A stretch of 64,000 bases of DNA, taken from positions 27,206-91,205 of the forward strand of contig DQPL01000123.1 in assembly GCA_015664885.1 (NCBI GenBank), in the 5' to 3' direction. The stretch comes from Gemmatimonadota bacterium. Lineage in GTDB: Bacteria > Gemmatimonadota > Gemmatimonadetes > Longimicrobiales > Gaopeijiaceae. Below the pieces are notes generated by a model that was not told the origin of the DNA, ran no database searches, and saw only the letters and a program-made list of their open reading frames with translations. Both the position numbers and the translations under genes were made by a program. Of the stretch, positions 9,304 to 18,428 are shown one piece after another; position 1 is the stretch's first letter; the number at the start of each line of letters is the position of its first letter.

Positions 9304-10397
9304 CCGGTCCACGGACCGCGCCCCCTTCCCTCTAGGGTGAGCATTGAATGCGCGTCTCGGTCTTTGGCGAGCAGCGCCTCCTGGAGGTTCACCGACACGC
9401 ATACGTGGTTGGGGACGATTCGAACCCGCTCACCGATGACGGGCCGCCAGTCCGTTTGGGACAGGTCGAGCACGCCGTGCTCCTCCGAAAGGGACTCGAG
9501 CAGGACTCCCGGGTGATCGAACAGGACACCGAAGCCCCCGTCACCTCTGCTCTCCTTCGCGAGCGCTTTCGACCCCGAGTCGACGACAGCGTGTCCTGGC
9601 ACGGCGGTGCTTACGACAGTCGCTAGCACCGTGTACGCGAGGTCGTCGTGTGAGGCCACCCCCAGCGCGAGTCCCTCGCGATCGAAGAAGATGCAGGAGC
9701 CGGAGCGGATCTCGGTCAGGCCAGGAAACGCGTGACTTTGCCAGAGCGTTGGGGTCGAGCCCCCGCTGACGATGCCGGCGGTGAAGCCGGCGGACTCTAG
9801 CGCGGCATATGTATCCGTGAGCTGCTCGAACACGAGCGCCAGAGCTTCAGTTTGCTCGTCCTCTTGCACGCGGATGTGGCCCGGGTAGAACATGAGGCCC
9901 GCAAACTCGACGCCGTCGAGAGAAGACACGAGCGACGCAAGACGCACGACCTCGGCAGAGCTCTGGACGCCGACCCTCCCCAGACCCACGTCCTGCTCGA
10001 CGAGAATGCCGATCACGCGGTCTGCGGCGGCTGATGCGGCCGCTACGGATTCGAGCACATCGGACGAATCGAGCGCGACCTTGAGGTCGAGCGACATCGG
10101 CAGGCGCACCAGTCGTTCGAGCTTCGCGTCCCCGACGGGCGGGTACGCCAGCAGAAGATCGTTCGTGAGGGTGGCCATCACCTCCGCCTCCCGCAGCGTG
10201 GCAACGGTGAGCCCTCGCGCTCCCGCCTCCAGCTGGATGCGCGCGACCTCTAGCGACTTGTGGGTCTTGATGTGCGGACGCCAAGCGATGCCGTGCTGCG
10301 CAGTGTAGTCGGCCACGCGCTGAGCGTTGGCGCGCACGCGCTCCAAGTCGACGTACCCGATCGGAGTATCGATTCCGGCCGGGTCGACTGGGTTCAA
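9300..10397 (-). CDS. PLP-dependent D-threonine aldolase / D-serine dehydratase-like (DSD1 family, alanine racemase N-terminal fold)
   Basis: Contains 'RPHIKTHKSLEVARIQLEAGA.GLTVATLREAE' and, at the C-terminus, 'VDSGSKAL...SEEHG...GERVRIVPNHVC'. The likely TTG start at 10397 overlaps the tlpA TGA as TTGA. Confidence 0.8.
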   Translation of the reverse strand: MNPVDPAGIDTPIGYVDLERVRANAQRVADYTAQHGIAWRPHIKTHKSLEVARIQLEAGARGLTVATLREAEVMATLTNDLLLAYPPVGDAKLERLVRLPMSLDLKVALDSSDVLESVAAASAAADRVIGILVEQDVGLGRVGVQSSAEVVRLASLVSSLDGVEFAGLMFYPGHIRVQEDEQTEALALVFEQLTDTYAALESAGFTAGIVSGGSTPTLWQSHAFPGLTEIRSGSCIFFDREGLALGVASHDDLAYTVLATVVSTAVPGHAVVDSGSKALAKESRGDGGFGVLFDHPGVLLESLSEEHGVLDLSQTDWRPVIGERVRIVPNHVCVSVNLQEALLAKDRDAHSMLTLEGRGRGPWTG

Positions 10398-10903
10398 TGT
10401 AGCGCGTCCTCCAGAGCGTCTTGGAACTCCTGGTCCGTCTCGTTCAGCGGCCCGTACTTCATCCACGTCATGATCCCCTCCCGGTCGATCAGGAATGTCG
10501 CGGGGAGACCGAGAACGTTATAGCTGTCCATGCCGCGCATCTGCGGATCGAGCAGGACCGTGTAGGTAACACCGTACTCCTCGGTGAACATCTCGACCTG
10601 ATCCGCCGCGTTCCCGGTGTCCATGGAGGCTCCCACGATCCGGAATCCCTCGGCTTCGTGCTCTTCGAAGAGTTCTTGCAGGTACGGCGTTTCCTGGCGG
10701 CACGGGCCACACCAGGTGGCCCATATGTTCAGGAGCACGACCTCTCCGCGCATCGACTCGAGTGAGACCGTGTTCCCTTGCAGGTCCACCGCCTCGTACG
10801 CGGGCGCCGGGAATCCCGGCCTGGGCGGCGGCGTCGCGTCGGACTGCGTGCATGCCACGGTCGCGGCGGCCAGCACCGTCGCGGTCATCGTTCTGATGCT
10901 CAT
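10394..10903 (-). CDS. TlpA/ResA-family thiol:disulfide oxidoreductase, lipoprotein
   Basis: Lipobox 'AAATVAC' and thioredoxin motif 'WATWCGPC'. ATG 10903 overlaps the upstream stop as ATGA. Confidence 0.85.
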   Translation of the reverse strand: MSIRTMTATVLAAATVACTQSDATPPPRPGFPAPAYEAVDLQGNTVSLESMRGEVVLLNIWATWCGPCRQETPYLQELFEEHEAEGFRIVGASMDTGNAADQVEMFTEEYGVTYTVLLDPQMRGMDSYNVLGLPATFLIDREGIMTWMKYGPLNETDQEFQDALEDALH

Positions 10904-12132
10904 TGGTCTTCCAAGAGCAGTCGAGTCACGCGTACCTGCGACGATTCACCAGATTCGTCGGTCCACGCCATGACTAGTGAGCCGTCCGGAGCCTGGACCA
11001 TCTGGGGGAAGCCACTCGCCCGAGCTGACGATGTCGAGGTCAGAGCCACGCTTTCCGAGATCGTCCCATCCTCCCTTATGCGTCGCATGCGAACCTCCGC
11101 GTCTTCCCCTCCGGTGCGTTCGAGCCACGCCACGAGCGCAGAACCGTCTCGCAACCCCACAACCGCGACGCGGCCCGCGGGGTTCCCACCATCGATCACA
11201 ACCACGTCGCCGAAGGTGGCACCATCGTCGGCCGAGAACGCGACCTTCACGCGCGGCTCGTCTCCGGCACCGGTGAACCACGCCACAGCTAGGTTGTCGC
11301 CTGCTACGCTCACCGAAGGACCGTTCACCGGGCATCCCCAGATGAACCAATTGTCGTCGTGCACTGCCGTACCCTCGGTCCAGGCACCATCCACGAGCCG
11401 CGTGATGTAGATGTCCCTGACCTCGGGTTCTTCGGTCCGGTTCCGATAGACGAGTACAGGACCCGACGGTGTGACGGTCGCATCGGTCTGGCAGCAGTCA
11501 CACACCAGCCCATCGACGAGTGCCTCGGGGCCCGGAGTGCCGTCCGCGGAGACATCGCGGGCTCGCAGCGTCATTCCTCCCCCGTGACCGCCGCTGGTCT
11601 CGCGCCCGTCCAGCCAAGCGAACCCGACTGATGCATCCCGCGAAAACACGCTGACGAATCCGTGTTCGGTGGGCGTTCCGTCCTCATGCGGCGTCCAGGG
11701 TTCGGACCATGTGCGGCCCTGGTCCGCGGAGCGAGCCACACGCACGCCATAGTCGTAGCCCCCCTCTTCTCCTCGTTGTAGCCAGTGCGCCCAGAGCGTA
11801 CCCTCAGGCCCGGGCGATACCGATGGGAAGTCGGCCCAGTTGACGAAGAAATCGTCACCTCCGGCAACCAGTGACGCATCGTTCCAACCGTGGCCAGCGA
11901 GCGTGGAGAAGCGAAGCTCATGATACGATCCTTCGGTCCGCTGCAGCCAGCTCAAGTACACGGCATCCTCAGACGCGGACAGGAACGGCTCGGCGCTGTC
12001 CCCTCCGGCAGGCGACGCCATAACTTCGGACGACACAGTCAACACTTCGGACGGCACGGGCAACGCCGGTGGGTCGGCTTCTTGGCACGCGGCCAGGACC
12101 GTCACAAAGGCTAGAAGAGAAAGCGGTTTCAT
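10900..12132 (-). CDS. sialidase-fold (BNR) beta-propeller lipoprotein with conserved Cys motifs
   Basis: Lipobox 'VLAAC'. Asp-boxes 'SADQGRTWSEPW' and 'SADDGATFG'. Cys motifs 'VCDCCQT' (11491-11502) and 'WGCPVNG'. Confidence 0.7.
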   Translation of the reverse strand: MKPLSLLAFVTVLAACQEADPPALPVPSEVLTVSSEVMASPAGGDSAEPFLSASEDAVYLSWLQRTEGSYHELRFSTLAGHGWNDASLVAGGDDFFVNWADFPSVSPGPEGTLWAHWLQRGEEGGYDYGVRVARSADQGRTWSEPWTPHEDGTPTEHGFVSVFSRDASVGFAWLDGRETSGGHGGGMTLRARDVSADGTPGPEALVDGLVCDCCQTDATVTPSGPVLVYRNRTEEPEVRDIYITRLVDGAWTEGTAVHDDNWFIWGCPVNGPSVSVAGDNLAVAWFTGAGDEPRVKVAFSADDGATFGDVVVIDGGNPAGRVAVVGLRDGSALVAWLERTGGEDAEVRMRRIREDGTISESVALTSTSSARASGFPQMVQAPDGSLVMAWTDESGESSQVRVTRLLLEDQ

Positions 12133-12369
12133 AATCGTGACGTAGTTTGGGGCACGAAGTCGATACTATAGCTAGGACACGGGAGGCAAGGATCTTGCTT
12201 GCCTGCGGGTCCTGTAGTCGAGAGAATTTCAGTATGGTTCCCCCCAGCGGTCAATACTCGGGGGCAGCGGGGCAATAACGAAACCCCTGAGGCGAGACTC
12301 GGTATGTGTGGATTCGCCGACGACGATCGTCGTAGGGGATGGCTCGGGTGGCAATTCAATTCAGGGGTG

Positions 12370-15300
12370 ATGCACATGCAATCCTCGAAGCTCTCGTCGA
12401 TCGGACGACGGACCGTGTTTGGTGCGGCTCTCGTCGCGGCCGCGCTGGCGTCGGTTCCACAGCCCGGATCAGCGCAGTACTTCGGACGCAACAAGGTCCA
12501 GTTCGACGATTTCGACTTCCAGGTCCTACGGACCGACCACTTCGACATCCACTACTATCCGGAAGAGCAAGAGGCGGTCGAAGACGCCGCGCGCATGAGC
12601 GAGCGCTGGTACGAGCGCTTCGCACGCGCCTTCCAGCACGAGTTCGAGCAGACCAAGCCGATCGTTCTGTACGCGGATCATCCGGACTTCGAGCAGACCA
12701 ACACGCTCTCCGGGTTCATCGGTGAGGGCACCGGTGGTGTAACGGAGTCGCTCAAGAACCGGGTGATCATGCCGCTCGCGGGCTCGTACTGGGATACCGA
12801 CCACGTAATGGGCCACGAGCTCGTGCACGCGTTCCAGTACAACATCGCCCAGTCGAGACGGGGCGGCGGCCTGCAGGGTCTCTACACCCTGCCTCTCTGG
12901 CTCATCGAGGGCATGGCCGAATACCTCTCCGTGGGTCGGGACGACCCACTCACCGCAATGTGGATTCGCGACGCCGTCCGCAGAGACGAGCTGCCGACGA
13001 TCCATCAATTGACCACTGACCGGAAATTCTTCCCGTATCGGTTCGGCCAGGCACTGTGGGCCTATATCGGCGGCACCTACGGCGACGACGCGGTCGTGCA
13101 AGTCTATCGGCGCGCCCTACGTGTCGGCTTCGAGGGGGCAATCAATCAGGTGCTGGGGCTGTCGACGGACACCTTGTCGGTGCGCTGGAAGGACAAGACC
13201 GTGGAAGAGTACGGCCCCCTCATGGTGGGGCGGAGCGCGCCGGAGGATCAGGGAACCTTGATCCTGGCACCGAGCACGGGTTCGGGAAGCACCAACATCT
13301 CTCCGTCGATCAGCCCGGACGGCCGCTATGTGGCCTTCCTCTCCGAGAAGGACCTCTTCTCGATCGATCTGTTCATGGCGGAGGTAGCCACCGGACGCAT
13401 CATCCGAAAACTCTCCAGCGCAAACTCCGATCCGCACATCCAAGCGCTGCGCTACATCGACTCGTCGGGGACGTGGTCGCCGGACTCCCAGCGGTTCGCC
13501 TACGTGGTGACCGCCGACGGGGACCAGGAGATCGTCATCGTCGGCACGGGAAACGGACAAATCCAGAGGAGGATCGTCTTCGATGAGATCGGTGCGGTGA
13601 GCAATCCCGCATGGTCACCCGATGGACAGTATCTGGCCTTCTCCGGTTCGGTGGGAGGCATCACAGACCTCTACCTGTTCGACCTGGACACCGGAGAGAC
13701 GATCCAGCTGACGAACGACAAGTACGCGGACCTCCAGCCCTCTTGGGCGCCCGACGGACGCACGATCGCGTTCACGAGTGACCGCGGCGCGGAGACCAAC
13801 TTCGAGCGGCTCACCTACAGCAAGTTCCAGCTCGCCACGGTCGATATTTCGACCAACCAGGTGCGCGTCATCCCGGTGTTCGGCAACGTCAAGCACATCA
13901 ATCCGCATTACAGCGCGGACAACGACAAGCTCTACTTCCTGTCCGACCAGGACGGGTTCACCGACGTGTACGAGCTCAACTTCCAGAACGGAGACGTACG
14001 CAGGATCACCAACCTGGCAACCGCGGTGAGCGGACACACCTATCTGTCGCCCGCTATGACGGTGGCCCAGGACGGAACGATCGCCTACACGGTCTTCGAC
14101 GAGCTCGAGTTCCACATTTATACGACGCAGGTCACCGCCGAAGCCCCATTGGTCGAGGTCGTGGACAACGCCGAAGATCAGCGGGGTCGCAAGCTCCCGC
14201 CGGCTAATCCCGACCGCTTCAGCCGAATCGCCACCTACCTCGCGGACCCGGAGACCGGGCTGCTGCCGTCCAACACCTGGACCGACGAGGATCGCGAGGA
14301 ATACAAGTCGGAGCTGTCGCTGGACTTCGTGGGACAACCCTCCATTGGCGTGGGCACGGACAACTTCGGCAACTACATCGGTGGCGGCGCTTCGGCCTTC
14401 TTCAGTGACATGCTGGGTGACCACGTGCTCGGTGTCTCAGCGCAAGCCAACGGAACCTTCAAGGATATCGGCGGACAAGCGTTCTACACCGATCTGTCGA
14501 ACCGATGGAACTGGGGCGTGGGCGCGGGCCGCATTCCCTACCTGCTGGGCTACTACGCGTACGGTGCGGACGAGCGGGGCCAGTACATCGGGCAGACTCG
14601 CTACCGGATCAACATCACCTCGGCGAGCGGACAGGTGTCCTATCCGTTCTCGTCCACACAGCGCTTTGAAGTCTCGATGGGCATGACGCGCTACAGCTAC
14701 GACATCGAGCTCGACAAGTACTATACCGACGCATTCGGGCGGGTCTTCGACTTCGAGCGCGTGCAGCAGGATGAGTTCGAGCCAGATCCCCTGAACATGG
14801 CAACCGTGTCAGCGGCGCTAGTCGGTGACAACGCGTTCTTCGGCTTCGTCTCGCCAATCCGAGGCGGCCGATATCGGTTCGGGGTCGAGCAGACCACCGG
14901 TACCCTGGCCTTCACCACCGTGACCGCCGACTGGCGCCGGTACTTCTCGCCGACGAGGAACCTCACGGTCGGAGTGCGCGCGCTCCACTACGGCCGTTAC
15001 GGCCTGGACATAGCACCAGAGCAACAGTCCGGCTTCAGCCCTCTTCGCGAGCTCTTCCTCGGCTTCGAGACGTTCATCCGCGGTTACAGCTTCGAGAGCT
15101 TCGAGACGTCGGAGTGTGGGAACCCGATTCAGGGTGCACCGACAGGTAGCTCCTGCCCGACGTTCGATCGCCTGTTCGGACATCGGCTCGCGGTCGGTAG
15201 CCTCGAGTTAAGGGTTCCGTTCATCGGCGTCGAACAGTTCGGCATCATCAACTTCCCGTTCCTGCCGACCGAGCTGGTGCTCTTCGCGGACGGTGGTTTG

Positions 15301-15495
15301 GCCTGGGATCCGGACAATCCGCCGACGCTCGAGTGGAGCCGCTCGTCGAGCAAGCGTGTGCCGGTCTTCTCGACGGGAGTGTCCGCACGGTTCAACGTGC
15401 TCGGGTTCATGATTCTCGAGGCGTACTATGCGTACCCTTGGCAGCGGCCGGATAAGGGATGGCACTGGGGGTTCAACCTCTCGCCGGGCTGGTAG
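12370..15495 (+). CDS. outer-membrane protein: HExxH (peptidase MA-like) domain + PD40/TolB-like repeats + Omp85-type beta-barrel
   Basis: ATG 12370 follows AGGGG and opens a signal peptide ending 'GSAQ'. Contains 'GHELVHAF...EGMAEY', five 'SPDG/APDG' PD40 repeats, the 'IRGY' and 'LELRVPF' barrel motifs, and a C-terminal aromatic residue (...SPGW). Confidence 0.75.
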   Translation: MHMQSSKLSSIGRRTVFGAALVAAALASVPQPGSAQYFGRNKVQFDDFDFQVLRTDHFDIHYYPEEQEAVEDAARMSERWYERFARAFQHEFEQTKPIVLYADHPDFEQTNTLSGFIGEGTGGVTESLKNRVIMPLAGSYWDTDHVMGHELVHAFQYNIAQSRRGGGLQGLYTLPLWLIEGMAEYLSVGRDDPLTAMWIRDAVRRDELPTIHQLTTDRKFFPYRFGQALWAYIGGTYGDDAVVQVYRRALRVGFEGAINQVLGLSTDTLSVRWKDKTVEEYGPLMVGRSAPEDQGTLILAPSTGSGSTNISPSISPDGRYVAFLSEKDLFSIDLFMAEVATGRIIRKLSSANSDPHIQALRYIDSSGTWSPDSQRFAYVVTADGDQEIVIVGTGNGQIQRRIVFDEIGAVSNPAWSPDGQYLAFSGSVGGITDLYLFDLDTGETIQLTNDKYADLQPSWAPDGRTIAFTSDRGAETNFERLTYSKFQLATVDISTNQVRVIPVFGNVKHINPHYSADNDKLYFLSDQDGFTDVYELNFQNGDVRRITNLATAVSGHTYLSPAMTVAQDGTIAYTVFDELEFHIYTTQVTAEAPLVEVVDNAEDQRGRKLPPANPDRFSRIATYLADPETGLLPSNTWTDEDREEYKSELSLDFVGQPSIGVGTDNFGNYIGGGASAFFSDMLGDHVLGVSAQANGTFKDIGGQAFYTDLSNRWNWGVGAGRIPYLLGYYAYGADERGQYIGQTRYRINITSASGQVSYPFSSTQRFEVSMGMTRYSYDIELDKYYTDAFGRVFDFERVQQDEFEPDPLNMATVSAALVGDNAFFGFVSPIRGGRYRFGVEQTTGTLAFTTVTADWRRYFSPTRNLTVGVRALHYGRYGLDIAPEQQSGFSPLRELFLGFETFIRGYSFESFETSECGNPIQGAPTGSSCPTFDRLFGHRLAVGSLELRVPFIGVEQFGIINFPFLPTELVLFADGGLAWDPDNPPTLEWSRSSSKRVPVFSTGVSARFNVLGFMILEAYYAYPWQRPDKGWHWGFNLSPGW

Positions 15496-15624
15496 GCTCT
15501 ACTGGGCAGGGGCAGGTCCTTTCCGCGGGGGCTCCGGGCTAACGCTCGGGGCCCTCGCTCGCTTGTCCGGGCGCTCCCCCACCGAAGCGAAGGCGGCGCT
15601 CGCCGCCCTCCCCAAGAGCCAACC

Positions 15625-16584
15625 CTAGAAAATCGAAAGATTGATGTACTTCTTCGGGTTCGCGCGCAGATCCTCGAGCAGCGCCAGGAACTGATCGCTC
15701 GCATCCGTGAGGCTCACGTAGAGCGCGTCGTCGTTCAACAACTTGGCGAACGTGCCGTCACCCCCGTCGATCTTGTCGAGAATCGACCGGACCGTGGCGA
15801 GCGCGCCGTCGAGGTTGGCGCTCGTCTCGCTCAGGGCCAGCATTACGGAGTCGGCGCGAGCGATGGCGCTCGCGAGCTCGGGACCGGCCTCGGCCGCGCC
15901 CTGGATGCCCTCGGCGGAGGCCTGAAGCGTCTCGATGAGCGTGCTCATCGCCGTGCGCTGCTCGCTCACGACGCTGGACACCTCCAGCAGGAGTGCCTCG
16001 AACTCGCGAGCACCCCCCTGCACCGACTCGATGGTCTCGTTGTTGAGAAGCGACTCCATCTGCGTCATGACCGAGCCGGCCTGTTTGCTCAGATCGTCTA
16101 TGGAGCCGAGCATGCCCCCTGCGCGTCCGCCCACTCCGGGGATGGTATCGCCACTTTCGTGCATCGCCGGCTGCATCGTGGGAATCACTTCGACCGTACG
16201 ACCACCAAACATGCCCGCCACACCGAACTCCATCGCCGAGCCCAGCGGGACCCGCCACCCCTTCTCAATCTCGAGCTCCATCGTAACGACGCTATCGTTC
16301 GTCATCTCGAAGTCAGAGATGCGCCCAATGTTCACGCCGCGCATCTGAATGGGATCACCGACTCGCACGCCGCCGGCGTCATTGACGACGGAATACAAGA
16401 GGTGGCGCTGTCGAAACCACGCGGGGTCGGTAAGCTGGAACAGCACGACAACGAAGGAGAGCAAGCCGATGATCACGAAGCCTCCCACGCGCGCCTCGCG
16501 TCCCGTCGTGCTGTGAGGCAGGTAGGTCTTTATCTCTTCATCGGACGGCGCCCGCCGCCCTGAGCCTTGAGTCGGTTCAGTCAT
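15625..16584 (-). CDS. mlaD: MlaD/MCE-domain protein
   Basis: TM helix 'VGGFVIIGLLSFVVVLF' and MCE motif 'VRVGDPIQMRGVNIGRI'. ATG 16584 overlaps the mlaF end by 8 nt. The longer ORF-track N-terminus lies inside mlaF. Confidence 0.8.
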   Translation of the reverse strand: MTEPTQGSGRRAPSDEEIKTYLPHSTTGREARVGGFVIIGLLSFVVVLFQLTDPAWFRQRHLLYSVVNDAGGVRVGDPIQMRGVNIGRISDFEMTNDSVVTMELEIEKGWRVPLGSAMEFGVAGMFGGRTVEVIPTMQPAMHESGDTIPGVGGRAGGMLGSIDDLSKQAGSVMTQMESLLNNETIESVQGGAREFEALLLEVSSVVSEQRTAMSTLIETLQASAEGIQGAAEAGPELASAIARADSVMLALSETSANLDGALATVRSILDKIDGGDGTFAKLLNDDALYVSLTDASDQFLALLEDLRANPKKYINLSIF

Positions 16585-17350
16585 AGGACTCCGATACCAT
16601 GTCGAGCGCGGCCTCCGCGGCCGCGCGGTCAACGAACGCCTGGACCACCGGGTCCGGGCAGGCCCGGAACTCGTCCGGGGTCCCACAGAAACGAATGGTG
16701 CCGCTGTCAAGCATGGCCACACGGTCACAAATCATGAGTCCACCCTCGACGTCGTGGGTGACGAGCAGAGATGTCACCTGGAGCTCAGTCGACAACTGCT
16801 CGATGAGACGCTCGACTGCCGCGGTGTTGATCGGGTCGAGCCCGGTGGTGGGCTCGTCCCAGAGCAGAACCTCGGGACGCCCGATGATCGCGCGCGCAAT
16901 GCCCACGCGCTTCTTCATGCCGCCCGAGAGTTCGGAAGGGATCTTCGAGAGAATCTCGCGCGGCTCCAGGTTCACGAGCTCGAGCGCCTCCCAGACCTTC
17001 ACCGCGGTCTCATTGCGCGGCATGCGCGCAAGCACGTCCTCCGGAATACCCATGGCTACGTTGTCGAAAACGTGGAGCGAATCGAACAGCGCAGAGTGCT
17101 GGAAGACGTAGCCGACCTTTTGGCGTACCGCCTCCACGGCCCCCCGGCCTCCGCGATACACCGAAATCCCGTCGACCTCGACCTCGCCCATGTCTGGGAG
17201 CACGAGACCGATGGTCGTCTTGAGCAAGACACTCTTCCCGGTGCCGGAAGGACCGAAGAGCGCGAACATCTCGCCCGTCTCCACGCGCATGTCGACCCCG
17301 GTGAGCACCGGCAGGTCGAAGGCCTTGTGGATGTTGCGATATTCGATCAC
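16577..17350 (-). CDS. mlaF: ABC transporter ATP-binding protein, MlaF-like
   Basis: Walker A 'GPSGTGKS', signature 'LSGGMKKRV', Walker B 'LLWDEPT'. Confidence 0.85.
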   Translation of the reverse strand: MIEYRNIHKAFDLPVLTGVDMRVETGEMFALFGPSGTGKSVLLKTTIGLVLPDMGEVEVDGISVYRGGRGAVEAVRQKVGYVFQHSALFDSLHVFDNVAMGIPEDVLARMPRNETAVKVWEALELVNLEPREILSKIPSELSGGMKKRVGIARAIIGRPEVLLWDEPTTGLDPINTAAVERLIEQLSTELQVTSLLVTHDVEGGLMICDRVAMLDSGTIRFCGTPDEFRACPDPVVQAFVDRAAAEAALDMVSESYD

Positions 17351-17363
17351 GTCGCGCCCATCG

Positions 17364-18179
17364 TCAGTTCAGCAGGAGCGGTGGGAACATCGCGTCGAGA
17401 ATCAGTATCGTGAGCGTCATGAACATGACCGCCTGGGTGGTGGTCAGTCCGACACCCTCGGCCCCACCTTTGGTCTTCAGGCCCATGTGTACCGAGATGA
17501 GAGGGATCGAGAGGCCGAAGACGATCGCCTTGGTCGCCGAGTACGTGAGGTCCCAGCTGTGCCAGAAGAGCCTGGCGCCAAAGTAAAACGACTCCTGCCC
17601 GAGGCCGACGGTGATATTTGCCGCCTGAACGCCCGCGAGGATCCCGATGAGGTCTGCGATGCCGACCAGCAGTGGCAGCACCAGGACTCCCGCTATCACA
17701 CGAGGCGCAGCCAGGATCGCCACAGGGTCCCGACCCAACGACTTGAACGCGTCGATCTGCTCGGAAACGACCATCGTCCCGAGCTCGGCCGTGATACGGG
17801 CGCCGATCCGGCCCACGAGCACCAGCGCCGTGAGTACTGGACCCATCTCGAGCACGACCGTTTCCACGACCAAACTGCCCAACACATAATCGGGCACTGC
17901 GCTGGTCATCTGATAGCCGCCCTGCTGACTGGTCACGATCCCGGCCAGGGACCCCGTAACCAGCACGATGGGGAGAGACTGAATCCCCATGATGTACATC
18001 TGATTCAGCACCGAGCGGATGGATACCTTCAGGCTCACGATCGCAACCACGATCTGCCCGAACAGTATGCCTAGGCCACCCGCGTGTTCGAGCGTGATGT
18101 ACGTGGTGCGCCCCACCCCCGCGAACCACTCGGTGATCGCGTTATGCCGTGGGAGAGCCCCAGGAGATTGGTGGTTCAC
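17364..18179 (-). CDS. mlaE: ABC transporter permease, MlaE-like
   Basis: Polytopic membrane protein with 'MGIQSLPIVLVTGSLAGIV' and 'LGRDPVAILAAPRVIAG'. The start is uncertain: GTG 18179 is chosen here, and the ORF track begins at TTG 18236. Confidence 0.75.
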   Translation of the reverse strand: MNHQSPGALPRHNAITEWFAGVGRTTYITLEHAGGLGILFGQIVVAIVSLKVSIRSVLNQMYIMGIQSLPIVLVTGSLAGIVTSQQGGYQMTSAVPDYVLGSLVVETVVLEMGPVLTALVLVGRIGARITAELGTMVVSEQIDAFKSLGRDPVAILAAPRVIAGVLVLPLLVGIADLIGILAGVQAANITVGLGQESFYFGARLFWHSWDLTYSATKAIVFGLSIPLISVHMGLKTKGGAEGVGLTTTQAVMFMTLTILILDAMFPPLLLN

Positions 18180-18428
18180 CGTAGATGGTGCTCCGGCGTG
18201 AACGAGCGCATCGAGACGACGGCCGTTCGCTTGCAATAAGTGGGCCGAATCTTCGGTGAAGCAGTACGCTAATCAACCGCGTTCGGTTCCGTTCTGGCCC
18301 GATTCCTGCGGTTTCTTCGACGCACCAAGCATCGATATGCCTAACCGGCTTTCGGTGGCTCTCTTCCCCACGGCCGGTTTTTTGGCCACACTGGCTACTC
18401 ACACGACAGTTCATGGAGCACCCGCCCG

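Noticed and set aside
12241-12287. A 'CAGCGG(N1-2)CAATA' direct repeat and C5/G5 and G4/C4 complementary runs in the leader of the three-module outer-membrane protein gene, as a possible riboswitch or attenuator.
   Set aside because: The stems are only 4-5 bp with long loops, and the repeat is short and imperfect. It bears no resemblance to any riboswitch class I can recognise.
15592-15607. The palindrome 'ggcggcg-ct-cgccgcc' between the convergent outer-membrane protein gene and mlaD, as a possible terminator.
   Set aside because: The 2-nt loop leaves only a ~5-6-bp effective stem, and there is no U-tract on either strand. It is too weak to call, and GC-rich palindromes of this size are common by chance.
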